64,000 nt of DNA, taken from the NCBI GenBank assembly GCA_021513715.1, contig CP084167.1, positions 2,432,001 to 2,496,000 on the forward strand, given 5' to 3'. A program made the translations under genes and the position numbers. The notes beneath the pieces were generated by a model, which saw only the letters and a list, made by a program, of their open reading frames with translations, did not search any database and was not told the DNA's origin. Shown here one piece after another: positions 11,306 through 21,388 of this stretch; within the stretch, counting starts at the first letter, position 1; every line of letters starts with the position of its first letter. The DNA is from Candidatus Heimdallarchaeum endolithica. Lineage in GTDB: Archaea; Asgardarchaeota; Heimdallarchaeia; Heimdallarchaeales; Heimdallarchaeaceae.

Positions 11306-12139
11306 ATGAGTGAAGTTTCAAGTCAGAAATGTCCTAGTTGCGGTGAATCTGTTCCTTTAGAATATTCTGTTTGTCCATTTTGCGGTTTTGGTATTCATGA
11401 ATACGAATTAAAACAATTTTCCTATAAGCCTAAGAGGAGAGAAGTGATAGAGCGCGCAATTTCATTCTACCGTTCTCCATTCAAGACAAGTGGAGAGTTG
11501 GGGGTAGCAACTGAAACTCGGGGCGCAAATATGTTTCTTTATTTCTTTTCAGTGTTTCTTTCTCTAAGATTGTTTTTTACAATATTAAAGGCTAATTTTT
11601 CTTTTGCAGTTTCTATTGCTCTTGGCTCTGTTGGTGATCCTCCACACCCATTTATAACTATTAAACTTGGATTCATTTTATTTTTGGTAAACTTGTTAAT
11701 TCTTCCTTTTGTCATATTCCTAATTTATAAAATTCTTTTTGTTATTGGGTCTTGGCTAATTACTCGTATTGGTGGATTAATGGGCGCAGAAATAAAAACT
11801 AAACAAGTAAAGACTATAATGGCTTACTCAATTGTTCCTGTAGTTTTGGGAGAATTTCTTGGTATCTTCTTTACACTCATTGGACCTTCTGGTGGATTAG
11901 GTAGTACCTCTGCAGTTTCTTTTAGCGAAATTTTGTCCTTCATGGAATCTTTTTATTCTTCTGGTGTGATGATCGCCTTTAAGTTCCTTATGCTAATAGC
12001 ATGGATTGTCACGCTTGTTTATTCCACAATTGGAGTCCGCACTGTTGGTAAAATGGCTTGGGTTAATGCCGCACTTACAATGTTGTTACCCTTGGGTATT
12101 TATGTTTGGTTCTTTTATATTACAGGAATGTTTGGTTAA
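11306..12139 (+). CDS. Zn-ribbon plus Yip1-like membrane protein
   Basis: N-terminal CPSCG...CPFCG; about 5 TM helices with Yip1-like pattern (GGLMG...TIMAYSIVP...YSTIGVRTVGKM). Confidence 0.65.
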   Translation: MSEVSSQKCPSCGESVPLEYSVCPFCGFGIHEYELKQFSYKPKRREVIERAISFYRSPFKTSGELGVATETRGANMFLYFFSVFLSLRLFFTILKANFSFAVSIALGSVGDPPHPFITIKLGFILFLVNLLILPFVIFLIYKILFVIGSWLITRIGGLMGAEIKTKQVKTIMAYSIVPVVLGEFLGIFFTLIGPSGGLGSTSAVSFSEILSFMESFYSSGVMIAFKFLMLIAWIVTLVYSTIGVRTVGKMAWVNAALTMLLPLGIYVWFFYITGMFG

Positions 12140-12160
12140 TTTTTTATTCCTTTTTCTTTT

Positions 12161-12583
12161 TCAACCCGTATAACTTAATTTTATTTTATCTCCATCGCTA
12201 AGGTAATAGTTGCTTACTCCTACCTCAGAATAAGTCCATGATAAATTTTTACTGTTAAAATAGTAAAATGCCCAGTAATTTGGAGCTTGTTCTTCAAACC
12301 CATTTACTGCTCTTATATACACTCCAAATGGATATTGAATAACATCCAATGATGCGACCTCTGAAAAGGCATCAAAAGCCGAACTTCCCTCTTTTATCGA
12401 AATATTATAATTTTCTATTGTATAATTATTTAATGTTCCATATTCAATAGTTATTTGGCATTGTATTTCTTGTTCAGATTGATTAGAAACATTTAGAAAT
12501 TTAAAGTAATATATACTCCCCCCAATTAGGGTAGAGACTAAAATCAACCCAATGAAAGCAAAAAAGAGATGATATTTCTTCAC
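12161..12583 (-). CDS. DUF4430 (transcobalamin-like C-terminal domain) membrane-anchored protein
   Basis: FGVYIRAVNG...YWAFYY...SEVGVSNYYLSDGDKIKLSY and an N-terminal TM. GTG at 12583 follows a GAGGA Shine-Dalgarno. Confidence 0.8.
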   Translation of the reverse strand: MKKYHLFFAFIGLILVSTLIGGSIYYFKFLNVSNQSEQEIQCQITIEYGTLNNYTIENYNISIKEGSSAFDAFSEVASLDVIQYPFGVYIRAVNGFEEQAPNYWAFYYFNSKNLSWTYSEVGVSNYYLSDGDKIKLSYTG

Positions 12584-12587
12584 TTTC

Positions 12588-13265
12588 TTATTCCTCTTTT
12601 TTAGTTCTTTTTTTTGAACTAGTAGCTTTTTTATCTTCAAAAAACCCTAGTGAGATGTAATCTATTCCTTTGTAGTTAAATGCTGTCTTAATCCAATTTA
12701 TTATTTCCTTCAAAGAACTGAATATTATAAAATTACCCAAAATGTGTATTATTGTGAAAGGTATTCCAAGAACTAGAACAGTAAAAAGGTAAGTTAATGT
12801 TATATTACTTTGAAAAATTACTAACTGTCCACCTATAGTTGTAACAATGTCGTAGAACAAGGCAAAAAAACTACCAAATACCCCAATTTCCCAGAATGAA
12901 AGATGTTCTATGATTTTTCTTAAAATTACAGTTATTAGGATAAGAATCAGATAACATACCATCTTAAATAAAATTAATATCCCTGAAGAACCATAAATTG
13001 GAGTTACAATTAATTCATAAATTAAGGAAATTGATATCATGCTAAAAATACCTGTAGACAGGCCAAATAAGATGGTTATTAAAAAAATAGTAAACGAAAT
13101 AAATTCTACATTAGGAATTAATACAGTTATTGATGAAAGAACGATTCCTAATGCAGAAAGGGAGGAAGCAGTTGTAATTTTAAGTATATTTTTTATTTCG
13201 ACTTCATCCTTTTTCTCAACGATAAATCTACTCTTTGTGGAATTAATATTATTATTAGATTGCAC
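12588..13265 (-). CDS. ECF transporter S component (CbrT-like, probable cobalamin)
   Basis: IPNVEFISF...GIPFTIIHILGN motifs, about 6 TM; directly upstream of the DUF4430 gene. Start uncertain (ORF open to 13373). Confidence 0.65.
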   Translation of the reverse strand: MQSNNNINSTKSRFIVEKKDEVEIKNILKITTASSLSALGIVLSSITVLIPNVEFISFTIFLITILFGLSTGIFSMISISLIYELIVTPIYGSSGILILFKMVCYLILILITVILRKIIEHLSFWEIGVFGSFFALFYDIVTTIGGQLVIFQSNITLTYLFTVLVLGIPFTIIHILGNFIIFSSLKEIINWIKTAFNYKGIDYISLGFFEDKKATSSKKRTKKEE

Positions 13266-13320
13266 TATAATCACTTTTATTATGAAGAAATGGACTTTTT
13301 TAGTTTGTTTTTGATTTTTG

Positions 13321-13860
13321 CTATTCTTCTTCTTGTGTTGAAAGTAAAGACTTAGCAATATAAATTGGTGCATTATTAAGTAATCCTAATAACACAGAGT
13401 GACTAGGGATCATTTGGAAATGTAGCGACCCTTCTACTCCCTCTAATTTTATTTCAACAGAAGCTTGATAGGCATTGGAATATGGCACTATTGCATCAAT
13501 TACTACTTTGTTTATAATACATATCTCTGAGACTAAGTCTGCAATTGTTAGTCTAGAATCGACTTCTTTTATGTTGGACAAAATTTTAGCTATCTCAATT
13601 GCGATATGTCTCGGTATACTTGACATTAGAAAGTTTGATCCATCTTCTAATTCAAAATTTAATAAAGGAATTTCTGAAAAGAAATCTAATTGTTCAATTT
13701 CACTGTTTTGCATATTTGGGGTGGCAGTTAAGACATCGATTCTTATAACTTTCAACAAATCCACATGTTCTTCTTTTGAGTCTTTTTCCATTATCATTAA
13801 ATTGATTTTTTGTGTAAAAAATTTTTGTGTAGACTCAGAATTGTAGCCTTCTTTTTCCAC
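13321..13860 (-). CDS. Bifunctional nuclease (DUF151)-like protein
   Basis: RLTIADL...KVVID...YQASV...IPSHSVLLGLLNNAPIYI matches the DUF151 pattern. Confidence 0.65.
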   Translation of the reverse strand: MEKEGYNSESTQKFFTQKINLMIMEKDSKEEHVDLLKVIRIDVLTATPNMQNSEIEQLDFFSEIPLLNFELEDGSNFLMSSIPRHIAIEIAKILSNIKEVDSRLTIADLVSEICIINKVVIDAIVPYSNAYQASVEIKLEGVEGSLHFQMIPSHSVLLGLLNNAPIYIAKSLLSTQEEE

Positions 13861-14144
13861 TAAATTTTTATAATATAGTATTTTTCTTCCTTTGGAGCTG
13901 ATTAAGTGGACGATTCAGGGGATAGAAAAATGCTTGTTTGATTATTTAAGATCTGAACGACTAAACAGTAGACTATATAATATCATATTCCCTCTAAAAT
14001 CAAATGTCCTAGTCTTTTATCGGATGATTTTTAATTATTCTTCAAACTATAATGTAAATCCCAAGTTGTCAAATTATCAAGCTCGGCACCTATATAATAA
14101 TTATCTTTCTCAACTTAAAGAGAAAAACATTGAACATCTAAGAG

Positions 14145-16241
14145 GTGACAGGATTGAATAAAAGAAGTAAGGAAAAATATGTGGTAACATGTGCATGGCC
14201 CTATGTAAATACCATCCCGCATCTGGGTACTTTTTTACATCTACTTAGTGGTGATGTGATAACTAGGTATCTTAAAATAAAGGGTGATGAAGCTATTTAT
14301 GTAAGTGGATCTGATACACACGGAACACCTGTAATTGTTGCGGCAGAAAAAGAAGGAATTCCTCCCAAGGAATTAGCTTTCAAATATCATAATATTATTC
14401 TTAGGTTGTTAAAAGAGTGGAATATAGATTTTACTAACTATACTCATACTCACAATGAAGTTCATATCGATTTTGTTCAGGGATTCTATAAGAAAGTTCA
14501 TAAAAACGGATATTTTAAATTAAAGGAATCTAAGCAGTTTTTCTGTAATCATTGTAATAGATTTCTACCAGATAGATTTGTGGAGGGGACATGTCCCCAT
14601 TGTCATCATCAAGGAGCGAGAGGGGATCAATGTGTAAATCCTGAATGTGGAAAGATATTGAAACCAACAGAGTTAATTGATCCTTACTGCGCTACATGTA
14701 AAAACCCTCCAACATTGAAGAAAACAGAACATTGGTATTTTGATTTGCCTAAATTTGAGAAACAATTAAAGGATTTTATTATTTCTACTCCTCATATTCC
14801 TGCAAATGCTAAGCCAAAAATGCTCGATATGATTAAGGACGGTCTAGTCGCTAGACCTTTTACTCGAGATCTTAAATGGGGTATTCCTGCAGGACCTATT
14901 TTTGGAGACAAATTTAAAGATAAAGTACTTTATGTTTGGACCGAAGCAGTATTAGGCTATTTAAGTGCAGTAAAAGAGTGGGCAATTAAAGAAAATAAAC
15001 CTGAATTATTTGAATATTTCTGGAAAGATAAAAAAACAAAAACAGTTTTCTGTATAGGAAAAGATAACAATATTTTTCATATTATCTTGTTTCCTGCTTT
15101 GTTGATGGCTGTAAATGACGGTTATCCTTTGCCTTATGCAATCTCTACAACACAGTTTATAATGTTCAGAGAAAAAGCTTTCTCAAAATCCCAGGGGATA
15201 GGGTTGTGGGCTGATGAAGCAACTGCAATACTTCCAGCTTCATATTGGCGTTATTATCTGATATATACTAGACCAGAACTTAAGGACTCAAACTTTGAAT
15301 GGAGTGAATTCGCAAAAATCGTTAACAGTAACTTAAACGACACTATTGGGAATTTTATTCATCGTACAATATCTTTTATAACGAGATCATTTGAAGGTAA
15401 AATTCCTGCAAGAGGGAAGTTGACTCATGATGAGAAAAAGCTTCTAAGTGAAGTGGAAGAAAGTATTCAAGACTATATCAAAGCAATGGACAATTTTAAA
15501 CTTAAAGATGCTGCTACAATCGTTTCTGATATAGCGCGAAAAGGAAATCAATACTTATCAAGTGCTCAACCATGGCATACAATTAAAGAAAATAAAGAAA
15601 CTGCTGGGACAACATTAAACATTTCTGCTAAAATAACTGAAATATTGGCAATACTTCTGTGGCCAATTATCCCAGAAGTTAGCGAAAAAGTGTGGAAAGC
15701 TTTAGGTTTCCAAGAAGAGATACTTGAAAAAGGAATTTTTTCTATCGACATAAAAAATACTTTGGCAGAACAAAAAATCGAAGCAATTAAACCTCTGTTT
15801 TACAAAATCAAAGAAGATGATATAATTAAGAGCTTAAATGATTTCAGGAAATCAAAACAAGAGCAAAGTAAACAAAAGGAGAAGAAAAAAATGGATGAAA
15901 ATAGAAAAAAAGAGGAAAACAAAATAGATTATAAAACATTTCAGAAAGTAGAACTTAAAGTAGCAACAATAATAGAAGCCGAATCAATTGAAAATAGTAA
16001 AAAATTAATAAAATTACAAGTAGACTTAGGAACAGAAAAAAGACAGATCGTTGCAGGTATTAAGCAGTACTATAAACCAGAGGAGCTAGTAGGAAGACAA
16101 ATAATTGTTGTAGCAAACTTAAAACCAGCAAAACTAATGGGATATGAATCAAATGGAATGCTTTTAGCTGCAGATATTGATGGAGAGCCAATCTTGCTAA
16201 AACCAGATAAAGATGTACCTGATGGAACTCCAATACGTTGA
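14145..16241 (+). CDS. metG: Methionine--tRNA ligase with C-terminal tRNA-binding domain
   Basis: AWPYVN..PHLG (HIGH), SGSDTHG, Zn knuckles, FSKS, C-terminal Trbp111-like domain (RQIVAGI...NLKPAKLMG.ESNGM). Confidence 0.97.
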   Translation: MTGLNKRSKEKYVVTCAWPYVNTIPHLGTFLHLLSGDVITRYLKIKGDEAIYVSGSDTHGTPVIVAAEKEGIPPKELAFKYHNIILRLLKEWNIDFTNYTHTHNEVHIDFVQGFYKKVHKNGYFKLKESKQFFCNHCNRFLPDRFVEGTCPHCHHQGARGDQCVNPECGKILKPTELIDPYCATCKNPPTLKKTEHWYFDLPKFEKQLKDFIISTPHIPANAKPKMLDMIKDGLVARPFTRDLKWGIPAGPIFGDKFKDKVLYVWTEAVLGYLSAVKEWAIKENKPELFEYFWKDKKTKTVFCIGKDNNIFHIILFPALLMAVNDGYPLPYAISTTQFIMFREKAFSKSQGIGLWADEATAILPASYWRYYLIYTRPELKDSNFEWSEFAKIVNSNLNDTIGNFIHRTISFITRSFEGKIPARGKLTHDEKKLLSEVEESIQDYIKAMDNFKLKDAATIVSDIARKGNQYLSSAQPWHTIKENKETAGTTLNISAKITEILAILLWPIIPEVSEKVWKALGFQEEILEKGIFSIDIKNTLAEQKIEAIKPLFYKIKEDDIIKSLNDFRKSKQEQSKQKEKKKMDENRKKEENKIDYKTFQKVELKVATIIEAESIENSKKLIKLQVDLGTEKRQIVAGIKQYYKPEELVGRQIIVVANLKPAKLMGYESNGMLLAADIDGEPILLKPDKDVPDGTPIR

Positions 16242-16339
16242 AATATATTTTTGTTTCATTAATTGGCTAATATGCTCAATTTAGCATTTTTTGTTTTTTC
16301 TTGTTAATACTAAAGAAAGAAAAATATTAAAATAAACTA

Positions 16340-16417
16340 TGGCGGGCCAGGCAGGATTTGAACCTGCGATACCCTGCTCCGAAGGCAGGTGCCTTATCCG
16401 TGCTAGACTACTGGCCC
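16340..16417 (-). tRNA. tRNA-Arg(TCG), CCA encoded
   Basis: Minus strand GGGCCAG...CCTGC-CT TCG GA-GCAGG...GCAGG TTCAAAT CCTGC CTGGCCC G CCA folds as a full cloverleaf. Confidence 0.96.
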
Positions 16418-16545
16418 AAACTGTTGGGAGAATACGTCACAATTGATTTTTTTCGTATCTAAATAAATTATTCGATACTCATTTTTCTTTTTTGCATTTT
16501 TTTAGTTAAAAGAACAGCTTCTTCTCATTTTTGATTCTTGATGTT

Positions 16546-17799
16546 TTATCTTGGTAACCCGTTGTTTATCCATGTTGTTAGTAAGCGCTTAAATTCTTTC
16601 TTTTTATGAATCCCTTGTGTCTGATAAGAGTAAATTTGGCTCATTGCTAATCCTCCTAATTCGATATATGCTTCATCCATATCGCAAATTGCCGATATTC
16701 TGGCTTTAAAGTTTTCGTCGCTATCTGCTTCATCTACGTAATTAATAAATAATTTTAATATTTTTTCTATTTTTGGTGCTACTTGTTTCTCTTCCTTTGA
16801 AACAGGTTTTGAGCTGATATCTACTTTCTCTTTGATTTTTTGTTTTGGTTTTGGTTCTGGTTTTGGTTCTGGTTTTGGTTCTGGTTTTGGTTCTGGTTTT
16901 GGTTCTGGTTTTTCTTCAATTGCTTTTTCTATTTCTTCTTCATCTGCAAAAAGTTTTTCTTTAATTATAGGTCTTGAAGGTTTTTCAGTTTCCTTAACTT
17001 CTACCTTTGTTTTAGGTTTTTCTTCTTTTTCTTCTATTTTTGTTTCAGTTTTTGGTATAGTCTGTTTTACTTTAGGGATGCTAGATGTACTTGCACTCTT
17101 AAAACCAAAACTAATCTGGTCTGGAGAAATTGTCACTTCTGATTTTTCTTCTTTTGCTGCGATAATTTTTTCTTTTGTTTCTATTTCTGGAAGTTCATCA
17201 ACTATTAAAGCCTCTGGTATCTCAAATTTTGTTTCTTTTGGAATTTCTTGTCCTTCAACTACAGTATCAAGAAATTGATTGATATCTTTACATATTGGCT
17301 GAATTTTTGGTATTTTATTACTAATTTCTTTCATTTTTTCTTTTAATGTCTCGACACCCGCAATCATAACATTTATTTTACGTTTTAGCTCTTGGTTTTC
17401 CTTTATTATTTCTTGTTCTTCTTCTTCAGTCATTCCCATATCTTGCATTGATTCCATGAGGGCATTCATTTGTAATTTTAACTCTTCACGTTCTGCTTGA
17501 AAAAGTTCTTCTTGTAATCTTTTTTCTTCTATTTCTTTATCCAATGCTTCTTTTTCAGCTTTTAGATCTTCAAGGAGTTTTGTGAGTTGATCAAGTTCTT
17601 TTGTCAACTCATCCACTTTTTCACTGGGTTGTGTTTGTTTTAATTTTTCTTCCAGTTTTTCATATAATTGAATTCTTCTCATTGCAAGCTGAGGAGTTAT
17701 ATTTCTTTTTTTCATGAAATTTAAAATAAAATCTAATTCATGCAGTGGTATCTTATACTTTTTTACAAGTTCCTCAGCGCTAAGACTTGTCTCTGTCAT
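16546..17799 (-). CDS. Hypothetical coiled-coil protein with charged PEPK-repeat linker
   Basis: 417 aa ORF; Glu/Lys coiled coil, low-complexity linker, small globular C-terminus. Confidence 0.8.
   Translation of the reverse strand: MTETSLSAEELVKKYKIPLHELDFILNFMKKRNITPQLAMRRIQLYEKLEEKLKQTQPSEKVDELTKELDQLTKLLEDLKAEKEALDKEIEEKRLQEELFQAEREELKLQMNALMESMQDMGMTEEEEQEIIKENQELKRKINVMIAGVETLKEKMKEISNKIPKIQPICKDINQFLDTVVEGQEIPKETKFEIPEALIVDELPEIETKEKIIAAKEEKSEVTISPDQISFGFKSASTSSIPKVKQTIPKTETKIEEKEEKPKTKVEVKETEKPSRPIIKEKLFADEEEIEKAIEEKPEPKPEPKPEPKPEPKPEPKPKQKIKEKVDISSKPVSKEEKQVAPKIEKILKLFINYVDEADSDENFKARISAICDMDEAYIELGGLAMSQIYSYQTQGIHKKKEFKRLLTTWINNGLPR
16849..16908. repeat. In-frame tandem repeat, 5 x 12 bp (TTTTGGTTCTGG), encoding (PEPK)5
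   Basis: Five perfect copies read directly from the sequence. Confidence 0.95.
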
Positions 17800-17913
17800 G
17801 GTTCTCTAAATATTATAGGTTTTATATGATTTTAATAACTTTTGGTAGTATTGTCTTTAAAGAAATACGAAGCTTTTTTTAGGAGATAAGCTACTTTGAA
17901 AATGGTGTAATAA

Positions 17914-18945
17914 TTGCCAGATTTGAGAGGGCTAATGGTTAACCGTTTGATTGTTCTAATTCAGATAATCGCGTTTCCAGTTTATTTTTACTTATGGTCC
18001 TTTTTTGGTCCAATGAAAGATATGACACTAGCTAAATTTTTCTTTTGGAGAACAAGTGATGTTTCTCCTTTTTCATCCCAAGCAGAAATGATCATTCTAA
18101 AAATAATCGCACCTTTGATATTTGCACTTCCGTTTACTTTAGGTTCAATTATAAGGGCTACTAGGATAGCTGATTCTTATACACTTATGTGGAGAGCTTT
18201 AGGGAAAGTAAGAATAGATACAAAACTATTTTACTTAGTAAATGCTATTTTTTCGTTGTTTTTCTTCATTTTACCCTTTGGTTCGCCCATTCTAGCAGTT
18301 TTTGGTTCTTTTTTTGCTGTTAAACTAATTATGTATGCGTTTGGATGGAAAAAAAATATCCCTGCAATTTTTATTGTTATCCCTGGATTGTTTCTAAGTG
18401 CAATTCCTATTATGGTTACTATCGCCTTTTATAGTGAATATTCAGCAGTTATTGTTCCCATTTGGCAGTTTTGGGCAAAATATTCTCCTATTTTCTATGG
18501 GTTAGTTTTAACTCTTGCATGTGCAATGGCAACAGGTAACTTCTTCATCTTAATGCAAGAAGGTGCAGCTCAGGTTTCCAGAACTAGAACTGAAGTAAAT
18601 GAAAGAGTTGGCATTTTAGTAAAAGCTTTCTTGTTTGCCAGTTTTATGCTTCTATACTGGCTAGTTGCAAAATGGGATGCAAGTCATTTATCTATGTTCA
18701 TTATAAATATTATAGCTGTTGTTTTAAGTATATTAGAGACTCTTATTCGCTGGAGAAAAGGATTAAGACGTGAAGATAACACAAATGGGGGGGCTTTGAT
18801 GGTACCTATATTCATCGCAGCAAATTTCTTAGCTCGATATTGGAATGGTGCAATAACTGTGGTAGTGTCAATTTCTGCTCTGTTATTCTTTGTATTGTTT
18901 ATCTTAGCATATCACTATGCAACAGATGAAACATTATTCGAATAA
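17914..18945 (+). CDS. Hypothetical polytopic membrane protein
   Basis: 343 aa with about 9-10 hydrophobic segments; TTG start after a GGTG Shine-Dalgarno-like site. Confidence 0.8.
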   Translation: MPDLRGLMVNRLIVLIQIIAFPVYFYLWSFFGPMKDMTLAKFFFWRTSDVSPFSSQAEMIILKIIAPLIFALPFTLGSIIRATRIADSYTLMWRALGKVRIDTKLFYLVNAIFSLFFFILPFGSPILAVFGSFFAVKLIMYAFGWKKNIPAIFIVIPGLFLSAIPIMVTIAFYSEYSAVIVPIWQFWAKYSPIFYGLVLTLACAMATGNFFILMQEGAAQVSRTRTEVNERVGILVKAFLFASFMLLYWLVAKWDASHLSMFIINIIAVVLSILETLIRWRKGLRREDNTNGGALMVPIFIAANFLARYWNGAITVVVSISALLFFVLFILAYHYATDETLFE

Positions 18946-19102
18946 TATAAACATCCTTTCTCTTTTTTACTCTATATTTTCTCCGTTGATATACACTATT
19001 ATTAGCTCTTTAAGGGATAGTTGATAAACATTCAACCATAACTTTTTTAATATAAATACAAACTGACGAATAACAAAAGAAGATACTACGGAGTTTCCTC
19101 AT

Positions 19103-19732
19103 ATGACTGTAGAAAATGAGAGCTTGGAAATAATTACAAAAATTAAGGAAAAAACAGAGAAAAAAATTCAACAACTTCTAAAAGAAAAAGAAGAAGCAAT
19201 AGCAAAAATTGAGGCTAAAGCAGAAGAGGAAATCAAGAAAAAGAGAGAAGTACTAATCGCTAAAGCGAAAAAAGAAGCAGAAATAGCTTTAGCCAAAGAG
19301 CAAGCGATTCAAAAATTGGATCTTGACTTGAAACTCTCTAAACAAAGAGAGGAAATAATTGATGAGTTTATTAATAAAGCTAAATCAATCATTGAAGAGA
19401 AAGTAAAGACAAAAGAATACGAAAAAAGTCTTACCAAGATTATTGTAGAAAGTGCATTAATATTAGACGAGTCATCTCTTGTGATATTTTGTAAAAAACA
19501 AGATAAGAAAATTTTAACACCTGCTTTTCTCAATAAAATTACAGAGAAAATAAAAAAGGAACATAAAAAAGATATAAATTTCTCACTAGCTGATACTTTT
19601 ATAAATACAATTGGCGGAGTAATCGTAGAAACTCAAGATAAGTCTATTCGTGTTAATAATACTTATGAAAAACGAATTGAACGAGCAGTAGACGATTTAA
19701 AAAGAAAAATTGGGACAATGTTGATTTCTTAA
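19103..19732 (+). CDS. atpE: A/V-type ATP synthase subunit E
   Basis: N-terminal coiled coil and C-terminal IGGVIVETQDKSIRVNNTYEKRIE motif. Confidence 0.85.
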   Translation: MTVENESLEIITKIKEKTEKKIQQLLKEKEEAIAKIEAKAEEEIKKKREVLIAKAKKEAEIALAKEQAIQKLDLDLKLSKQREEIIDEFINKAKSIIEEKVKTKEYEKSLTKIIVESALILDESSLVIFCKKQDKKILTPAFLNKITEKIKKEHKKDINFSLADTFINTIGGVIVETQDKSIRVNNTYEKRIERAVDDLKRKIGTMLIS

Positions 19733-19749
19733 AATAGAGATGATCGAAG

Positions 19750-20337
19750 ATGAATATCATAAGGAAATTTCAATTTATTATAATTGTAGGATTATGTATC
19801 TCCTCCTTTGCTTTTTCAGTAAGAGCTGAAAATGAAATTCAGGTGTATGATGACCAAATTACAGATACAAAAATATACAGAAATTCTATTATTAATGTAT
19901 TTGCAACGATTGTAAATCTTGGAAATAAAACCATTTTAGTTCATTCACTGAATGCAGAATTTATAAATGCTGATGGATTATCAAAATATAATAAGTTATA
20001 TTCTGAAAAATATGATACTGACCACCGTGAATTAGGTGCAGGAGAAAGTTTGACTGGGACTTTACGCTTTAAGGTGGTTAACGCAGAAGGGACTTATAAT
20101 GTTAGTATCTTCTTTAAGGCGACAGACGTTTATTCTGAAGACAATCCCTTAGGAGAAGCACCAATTCTTAATTACACCACTGGAAAAATTTTCACAGTAA
20201 AAGTATATGAGCAAACAAACGCTTCTGGTATTATTGCTGGTATCAGTTTCACTTTTCTCGGGATTGTTGGCGTGATAGTATTATTCATATTTTATGGATG
20301 GATAAAAGAGAGAATTACCAAAAAGAAGTATGAGTAA
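19750..20337 (+). CDS. Secreted, C-terminally anchored beta-rich protein
   Basis: Signal peptide ending ..SVRA, CARDB/Ig-like segment (ATIVNLG), C-terminal TM plus basic tail. Confidence 0.7.
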   Translation: MNIIRKFQFIIIVGLCISSFAFSVRAENEIQVYDDQITDTKIYRNSIINVFATIVNLGNKTILVHSLNAEFINADGLSKYNKLYSEKYDTDHRELGAGESLTGTLRFKVVNAEGTYNVSIFFKATDVYSEDNPLGEAPILNYTTGKIFTVKVYEQTNASGIIAGISFTFLGIVGVIVLFIFYGWIKERITKKKYE

Positions 20338-20481
20338 CCTTTCTTTTTATTCCCTTTACCTTTTCTTGAATGAATTGTTTGATCATTTTACTTTGAATTG
20401 TTTAACAGGATTTTGTTGTTGTTTGGTTATTGTCTCCTATCTTTACAGTTATTTTGTTTTTAAATTTTAAACAAAAAAGAA

Positions 20482-21276
20482 TTAGTCGTCAGAAAATTCA
20501 GTTTTTCTTGCGAACATTAAATATCCTGTGTGTGCCACATATTGCCATGTTTTCGGTCTAATTGCATTTTCTTTTAGCTGCATCTCTCTTTCGAGTAATT
20601 CTATAGCTTTTATCTCTGTAAAATTATTTGCTTTCAAACTGGTATATGTCTTTTCTAGTTGATTGGTTGTGGGAATAAAGAGTGTTATTATCCCAGATGG
20701 CTTTAGTGATTCTTTTGCATAAGGAATAATTTCCCATGGGTCTGCTAAATCTAAAAAAACACAATCGACATTCTTCTCTTCAAATCCTTGTTTTACATCT
20801 GCTAATTTAAATGTAATATGATCTGATAAGCCCAACCCTAATTTTTCTATATTTTTCTTTGCTATGTTATGTGCTTGTTCCCTAACCTCATATGTAAAAA
20901 CGTGTCCAGAAGGTTGAACATACATAGCTAAAACTGAAGTCAATGCCCCACTTCCTGTTCCTGCTTCAATAATTCTTGTTCCTGGCTTAATTCCGCTGTT
21001 TAAAATAATATATCCTAAATCTTTGGGATAAATAATTTGTGATTTGAATTCAAAATGATGGAGATAATCAGTAAGTATTGGCTTGTAAATAAATAGTTTG
21101 ATTCCTTTATTGGTGATTATGGAAAGGCCATAGGGTTTTCCTATTATATCGTTAAATTCGAAAAAACCTTTGTTACAGTGAAATTTTTTATTTTCTTCTA
21201 CCTTTCTTATCCATCTTCTCCTGTTATCAAATACAATTAGCACTCGATCGTCGTTTTTAATGTAATCTTCGCTCAA
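20482..21276 (-). CDS. trmI: tRNA (adenine-57/58-N1)-methyltransferase
   Basis: SQIIYPKD, IEAGTGSGALT, VFLDLADPW, HTGYL motifs. Confidence 0.95.
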   Translation of the reverse strand: MSEDYIKNDDRVLIVFDNRRRWIRKVEENKKFHCNKGFFEFNDIIGKPYGLSIITNKGIKLFIYKPILTDYLHHFEFKSQIIYPKDLGYIILNSGIKPGTRIIEAGTGSGALTSVLAMYVQPSGHVFTYEVREQAHNIAKKNIEKLGLGLSDHITFKLADVKQGFEEKNVDCVFLDLADPWEIIPYAKESLKPSGIITLFIPTTNQLEKTYTSLKANNFTEIKAIELLEREMQLKENAIRPKTWQYVAHTGYLMFARKTEFSDD

Positions 21277-21388
21277 GTTTTCACCTTAAGATTTGTTTCT
21301 TGGACTAGTTTTTTAGTTTTTCAATATTTGTGTGAGAATTTTCAGATTAAACGAAATGCTTTTGTAAGTTCAAGGATGTCTATTTTTA

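Noticed and set aside
13892-14161. 89-aa ORF, or possible sRNA/riboswitch, upstream of metG
   Set aside because: TTG start, no motif, overlaps the metG start; no convincing C/D boxes or cobalamin riboswitch core found.
16340-16417. tRNA-Arg as a possible integration site
   Set aside because: No duplicated 3' end or integrase in the window.
16832-17278. ORF with (FGSG)n, resembling an FG-nucleoporin repeat
   Set aside because: It is the antisense shadow of the PEPK repeat in the real minus-strand gene.
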